Below, piece by piece: positions 60,210 to 64,000 of a stretch of 64,000 nucleotides of DNA (positions are counted from its first letter, which is position 1; each line of letters opens with the position of its first letter). Both the position numbers and the translations under genes were made by a program. Source of the DNA: Vulcanimicrobiota bacterium (GTDB lineage: Bacteria; Vulcanimicrobiota; Vulcanimicrobiia; Vulcanimicrobiales; Vulcanimicrobiaceae). The notes beneath the pieces were generated by a model, which saw only the letters and a program-made list of their open reading frames with translations, did no database searches and was not told where the DNA came from. The DNA lies in the NCBI GenBank assembly GCA_963723515.1, contig CAVRQT010000003.1, positions 160,001-224,000 on the forward strand, in the 5' to 3' direction.

Positions 60210-61417
60210 AACTCGAATGTCTCCCAAGTGTACGGCGTGAATCCCCTAGCCGCGTCGTCATAGCCGATCTGGAACGCTTCGGCGATCGCTTTTTGATCGT
60301 TGAAAGAGACGACTCCCAAAGGCAATTCTGATTTTGGACGCGTGTAGAACAGGTCGGTTTCCGGCACTGTGCTCATGAAACGCGCGAGGTGCGCTTGTTC
60401 TGTTGTCGAGAGCCTTTGATTGCTAAAGCCTAAGCGTGAGTATGCGCGTCTAGCCACGCTCTGAAAGTAAGTGTCACGCATCTCGATCTCGAGTATCTTG
60501 CGCTGCATCGTTCCATATGCACCAAAGGCGATTGCGACTGCGTCTTCGTATGCCGTTTGCGGCTCGAATGGCGGATCCATGAGCACGATGTCGGCAGCAC
60601 GCGCAACCGAGTGAGCGATCGCAACTGCCGAGTTGCTGGCCACGCCGCCATCTACGTACAAGTTCGGTGTGCCGTCCGGACCGGGAAGCTCCACCGGATC
60701 GAAGGCTAAGGGAATAGCTGCCGAGGCGAAAAGGGCGCGGTGAAGCAGATCGACTGTTATTTCGCGCACGGCAGTGTTGGGGCCGAGCGTCAATTGCAAC
60801 GAGTGGACGAGTCTCTGCGGTAGTGCCTTCGGACTGCCTGGCGGCCGCGCGAAAAAATACTCGGGGCGTTGTGTCGTAAGATTGGTGACGGCCCAAACAA
60901 GCGGCATGACGAGCGGCCGTTGCGAATCGATGTGGCGTTCGATCCAGTCGAGAACCGGCTGCGATTCGAGGACCGCAGGCTCGTTTTTAGTGAGTCCGAT
61001 TAGCCGGATTGCGGCCATTAGCCGATTGCCAACGCCGCTTTGTGCGTTACGGAGTGCCGCAAATTGCGGCTTAAGTTTCAAAAGATTTTGCGACGCGATA
61101 CCTGACCACAGTTCGCGCAACTGTGTGTACTGACCGGTAGCAACGAACCAGCCGTTCAACGCGCCGATCGATGTGCCGCACGTTATACCATAGGGTGCGA
61201 GCGGTTGCCCGTCGCCGACTGCCGCCTTGCCGGCAAGTCCACTGATGATACCAGCTTCATAAGCTCCGCGAGCACCGCCGCCCGACAAAACGAGTGCGCG
61301 TTCTAATGGCTTGGGGGTTGCAGCGGGTGACGCTGCCGCAGCCGGCGTTGCAAGCAGCGCACGTCCCAAACTCGCCGCGCTAAGCGCGCCTAAGAATGTT
61401 CGCCGCTCTATCATCAT
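60206..61417 (-). CDS. Patatin-like phospholipase with Tat signal
   Basis: ERRTFL leader; GGGARG, GTSIG, DGG. Confidence 0.88.
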   Translation of the reverse strand: MMIERRTFLGALSAASLGRALLATPAAAASPAATPKPLERALVLSGGGARGAYEAGIISGLAGKAAVGDGQPLAPYGITCGTSIGALNGWFVATGQYTQLRELWSGIASQNLLKLKPQFAALRNAQSGVGNRLMAAIRLIGLTKNEPAVLESQPVLDWIERHIDSQRPLVMPLVWAVTNLTTQRPEYFFARPPGSPKALPQRLVHSLQLTLGPNTAVREITVDLLHRALFASAAIPLAFDPVELPGPDGTPNLYVDGGVASNSAVAIAHSVARAADIVLMDPPFEPQTAYEDAVAIAFGAYGTMQRKILEIEMRDTYFQSVARRAYSRLGFSNQRLSTTEQAHLARFMSTVPETDLFYTRPKSELPLGVVSFNDQKAIAEAFQIGYDDAARGFTPYTWETFEL

Positions 61418-61539
61418 TTTATTAGAAACCCTTTACCGGTCGCGCTTCGAAAGCAAGCGATGGCTTCCTTTTGGGCCAACCTGCAAACTGATCGGTTGCT
61501 AACCGTTCGCGAATCTATCGTTTAAAGTTCGGAAGCGTA

Positions 61540-62731
61540 CTAGGAGCCAACAGCGTCGGTTAGGTCGCGAAACGTCGAAACGCTGGCGTCCTTGTTGTTG
61601 CCCTGTGCATCGAATGCGGCCGGGAGATACGTAACTGCGACGGCGATCGTCAGCTTTTTCGCCGGCAAATAACCGACCGTCGCTGAGCAACCGGCGAAGG
61701 CTTTTGTTTGCGTGATCCAAGGGCCAAGCAAAACGACGCCGAGCCCATAATGGAAGGCCATTGTGTTTCGACGGCACACCGCACATTTCGCAGCGGCGTG
61801 ACCGAACCCAACGAGCGTTGGGCCAACCTGCTGCATAAATGACGACCGCGAAAGAAGCGTCCCATTCCCGACGGCTTCCATGCTCTTGCTCATGTCGGTA
61901 ATGTCGGTCGTTTGCACGGCGCGATCATATGTCGTCCAAGACGGATTCCAATACGTGGACTCCTCGTAAAACGGAGCGCCGGGTTTCACGCCCAGCTCCT
62001 GTCGGCGTTCGGACGTGAACGCGTGCAGCACCGGCGGCGGGATGTACGGCGTGATGAAGCCGTCGGTTTGCGTCAGTCCCATCGGGCCAAAGATGTATTT
62101 GTGCATCGCGTCGTTGAGCGGCATACCGGCGATTTTCTCGAGAACGCCGCCCAAGATGACGTAGTTCGTATGTGAATAGCCCCAGTTCGTGCCTGGCGCG
62201 AACATCATCGGCTTCGAGATGCCGACGTGAATCAGTTGCGCGGGCGTCCATTGCCGGAACGGATCCAGTTCCGTTCCGTTGAGCACTTCCGGCTGATACA
62301 CGTAGTCGGCGTAGCCGGAGGTCATGTTGGCGAGGTTGCGCAGCGTGATCCGGTCCGCTTGCGGCAAATCCGGACGAAAGCGAGAGAGTTTCGTTTCGAG
62401 TGCGACCTTCTTATCGTCGACCAATTTCAGCAGCAGCGTCGACATGTAGGTAAAGGCCATGGCCCCGTTTCGAAAGTGCATGTCCGGCGTTGCGGGGACG
62501 CCGCTCATCGACTCGCCGTACGCATGCGTGTAGACGTTCACGCCGCCGGAACGAACTTGCACGATGAGCGCCTTGATGTGGTAGCGCGTCACCGCGGTCT
62601 GCGCGATCCTTTGAATCGTTGCAACCTGCGTTGAATTGCCGGCCGCTGAGACTGCCGGCGCACGCTGCGAACAGGCGGCGAGTGCAAGAATGCAAGATCG
62701 TGCCTGCAATGCAAGCGCGGCGCGTCCGCAT
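61540..62731 (-). CDS. Beta-lactamase-related serine hydrolase-like lipoprotein lacking SxxK (frameshift in the signal peptide)
   Basis: LAAC lipobox; HFRNGAMAFTY; ITLRNLANMTSG; PGTNWGYSHTNY; YGLG. Confidence 0.8.
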
Positions 62732-62860
62732 TAGGCCCTACGATTTCGTGCACGTCGTTTTCCCGCGCTTCGTAAGCAGGCGATAGCCTCCTGTTGCCGG
62801 ATCGTGCTTTCGCACGCGTACGAGGGAAGAGCATGGGTTCTGACGTTTTAGAGTACTGCG

Positions 62861-63443
62861 ATGCTTGAATTTTGGAACACGATCGCCGCGATAGGAACCT
62901 TTCTCGTTATCACTGCAACTGCGATAGCTGCGGTCATTCAACTGCGGCATCTGCGTGCTGCAAACCAACTCGAGGGTTTACTGACGGTGCTTGCGCGCGT
63001 TGAGGACGCTCGCTTCAACACTTGGCTCACGGAGACGCAAAAGCAGCTGCCTGAAATGCTGGCGAACCCCGCGTACGTCAAAAGCGTCGCCGACGGCACT
63101 TTCGATCGCAGTGTCGCGTGGCTGCAGCTTGCGAATTCCTACGATTGGGTTGGTAGCCTTGTAAAGAATAAGCTCATCCCGATCGACGCGTTCTTGGACG
63201 TCTATGCATTTCGCGTCATACAAGCGTGGAAGTTGATCGAGCCGCTCGCGGTGCTTGTACGGCACAACTTCCTTCTCGGCGATTTGGGAGAACTTTGAGT
63301 TTCTTTATGTCCGAGCGTGCGAGTGGAGAGAGCAGCATTCTGATGGCAACTATCCAAAGCATGCGCCGCGCGCAGATTTGCCGCCGTATGAACAGCTCTT
63401 TGCGTCTCAAGATGGAATTACGAGTCAGAAGACCGTAACATAG
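62861..63443 (+). CDS. Hypothetical membrane-anchored protein (DUF4760-like; frameshift near 63270)
   Basis: N-terminal TM, YDWVGSLVKNKLI, continues as IWENFEFL in another frame. Confidence 0.6.
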
Positions 63444-63459
63444 AAGTTGCAGTACGTTC

Positions 63460-63547
63460 GGAGAGGTGGCAGAGCGGTTGAATGCGGCGGTCTTGAAAAC
63501 CGCTGAACGTGATGAACGTTCCGTGGGTTCGAATCCCACTCTCTCCT
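63460..63547 (+). tRNA. tRNA-Ser (anticodon TGA)
   Basis: Acceptor stem GGAGAGG/TCTCTCC, anticodon arm GCGGT-CTTGAAA-ACCGC, long variable arm, T-arm GTGGG-TTCGAAT-CCCAC; CCA not encoded. Confidence 0.96.
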
Positions 63548-63667
63548 GTTTTAGCGCATAACGACGGGCTTTTCTCTATTCTGTGCCTTAGAAGGGCGGC
63601 GCCGTCGTCGTCGACATAGGAATTTGCGGCCGATCTTCGTGAGGCGAAAAGGCTGTTGCGTGGCGCG

Positions 63668-64000
63668 CTAATGGAATCGCGGCCTTACAATAGCAACTGG
63701 ATCCAAACTGAAGTGTCGTGCGCAGACGAGGACGATACTTTTCGCATCGGGGTGCTGCGGGTTGATAAGGACGACGCGCTCTGGATCGTTTGGAAAATCT
63801 GGAAATAGGGCTGACGGTAGCGAAAACGCTAAGGAAGACTTTCCTAATGCCCAATTCGTTCCCAACGTACGCGTCGCATCACGAGCAGGCACGGCATCCC
63901 AATCCGGCGGCAGTTCGGTATGTTGCATATGCGCAACGAGGTCGCTCCGCAGATGTAGCTCAATGAGCGCTAATTTCGAGGGCGCATCTTGAACATCTAC
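63668..64000 (-). CDS. RES-domain protein (putative NAD+-targeting toxin), 5' part off window
   Basis: LPPDWD...TRTLGTNW...LAFSLPSALF...VLINPQHPD. Confidence 0.8.
   Translation of the reverse strand, partial: VDVQDAPSKLALIELHLRSDLVAHMQHTELPPDWDAVPARDATRTLGTNWALGKSSLAFSLPSALFPDFPNDPERVVLINPQHPDAKSIVLVCARHFSLDPVAIVRPRFH

Noticed and set aside
1..64000. Many split genes (btuC-like, btuB, btuF-like, hflX, nuoE, nuoG, TPR, suhB and others) read as pseudogenes or programmed frameshifts
   Set aside because: Breaks are isolated indels, several in short homopolymers, including in core genes with intact motifs. Long-read consensus error is the simplest explanation.

Overview
GC-rich, very compact bacterial chromosome segment. 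Outer-membrane TonB and porin genes indicate a diderm; the protein style suggests Eremiobacterota/Vulcanimicrobiota, which is inference only. Scattered single-base indels, even in core genes (hflX, nuoE, nuoG), point to long-read consensus errors. Layout: (1) 1-7.2 kb, cobalamin-riboswitch-controlled B12 uptake genes, hflX, a protease and two K+-channel-like genes; (2) 7.3-21.9 kb, a complete nuoA-N operon; (3) 22-39 kb, housekeeping and amino-acid/amine metabolism (DDC, OCD, divergent GS-like protein, PucR, Nramp plus soluble MgtE-like protein, beta-CA, SuhB, MATE, KynU, TDO, ATL); (4) about 39.9-63.4 kb, an accessory-looking block with two Cys-type sulfatases, FGE, four outer-membrane beta-barrel proteins, BASS, MgtC, a CYTH-like/ChrA/ChrA operon, a Tat-exported patatin and a serine hydrolase lacking its catalytic motif; (5) tRNA-Ser(TGA) and a partial RES toxin gene. 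The most striking sequence-level signal is a family of ~24-nt palindromic micro-elements (NNN-TTCGA-N4-6-CTCAG-NN). They are nested three deep inside a 191-bp insertion with a 13-bp target-site duplication at the nuoK/nuoL junction, which preserves translational coupling through a new mini-ORF, and they also lie in-frame inside hflX, nuoL and an aldo/keto reductase.
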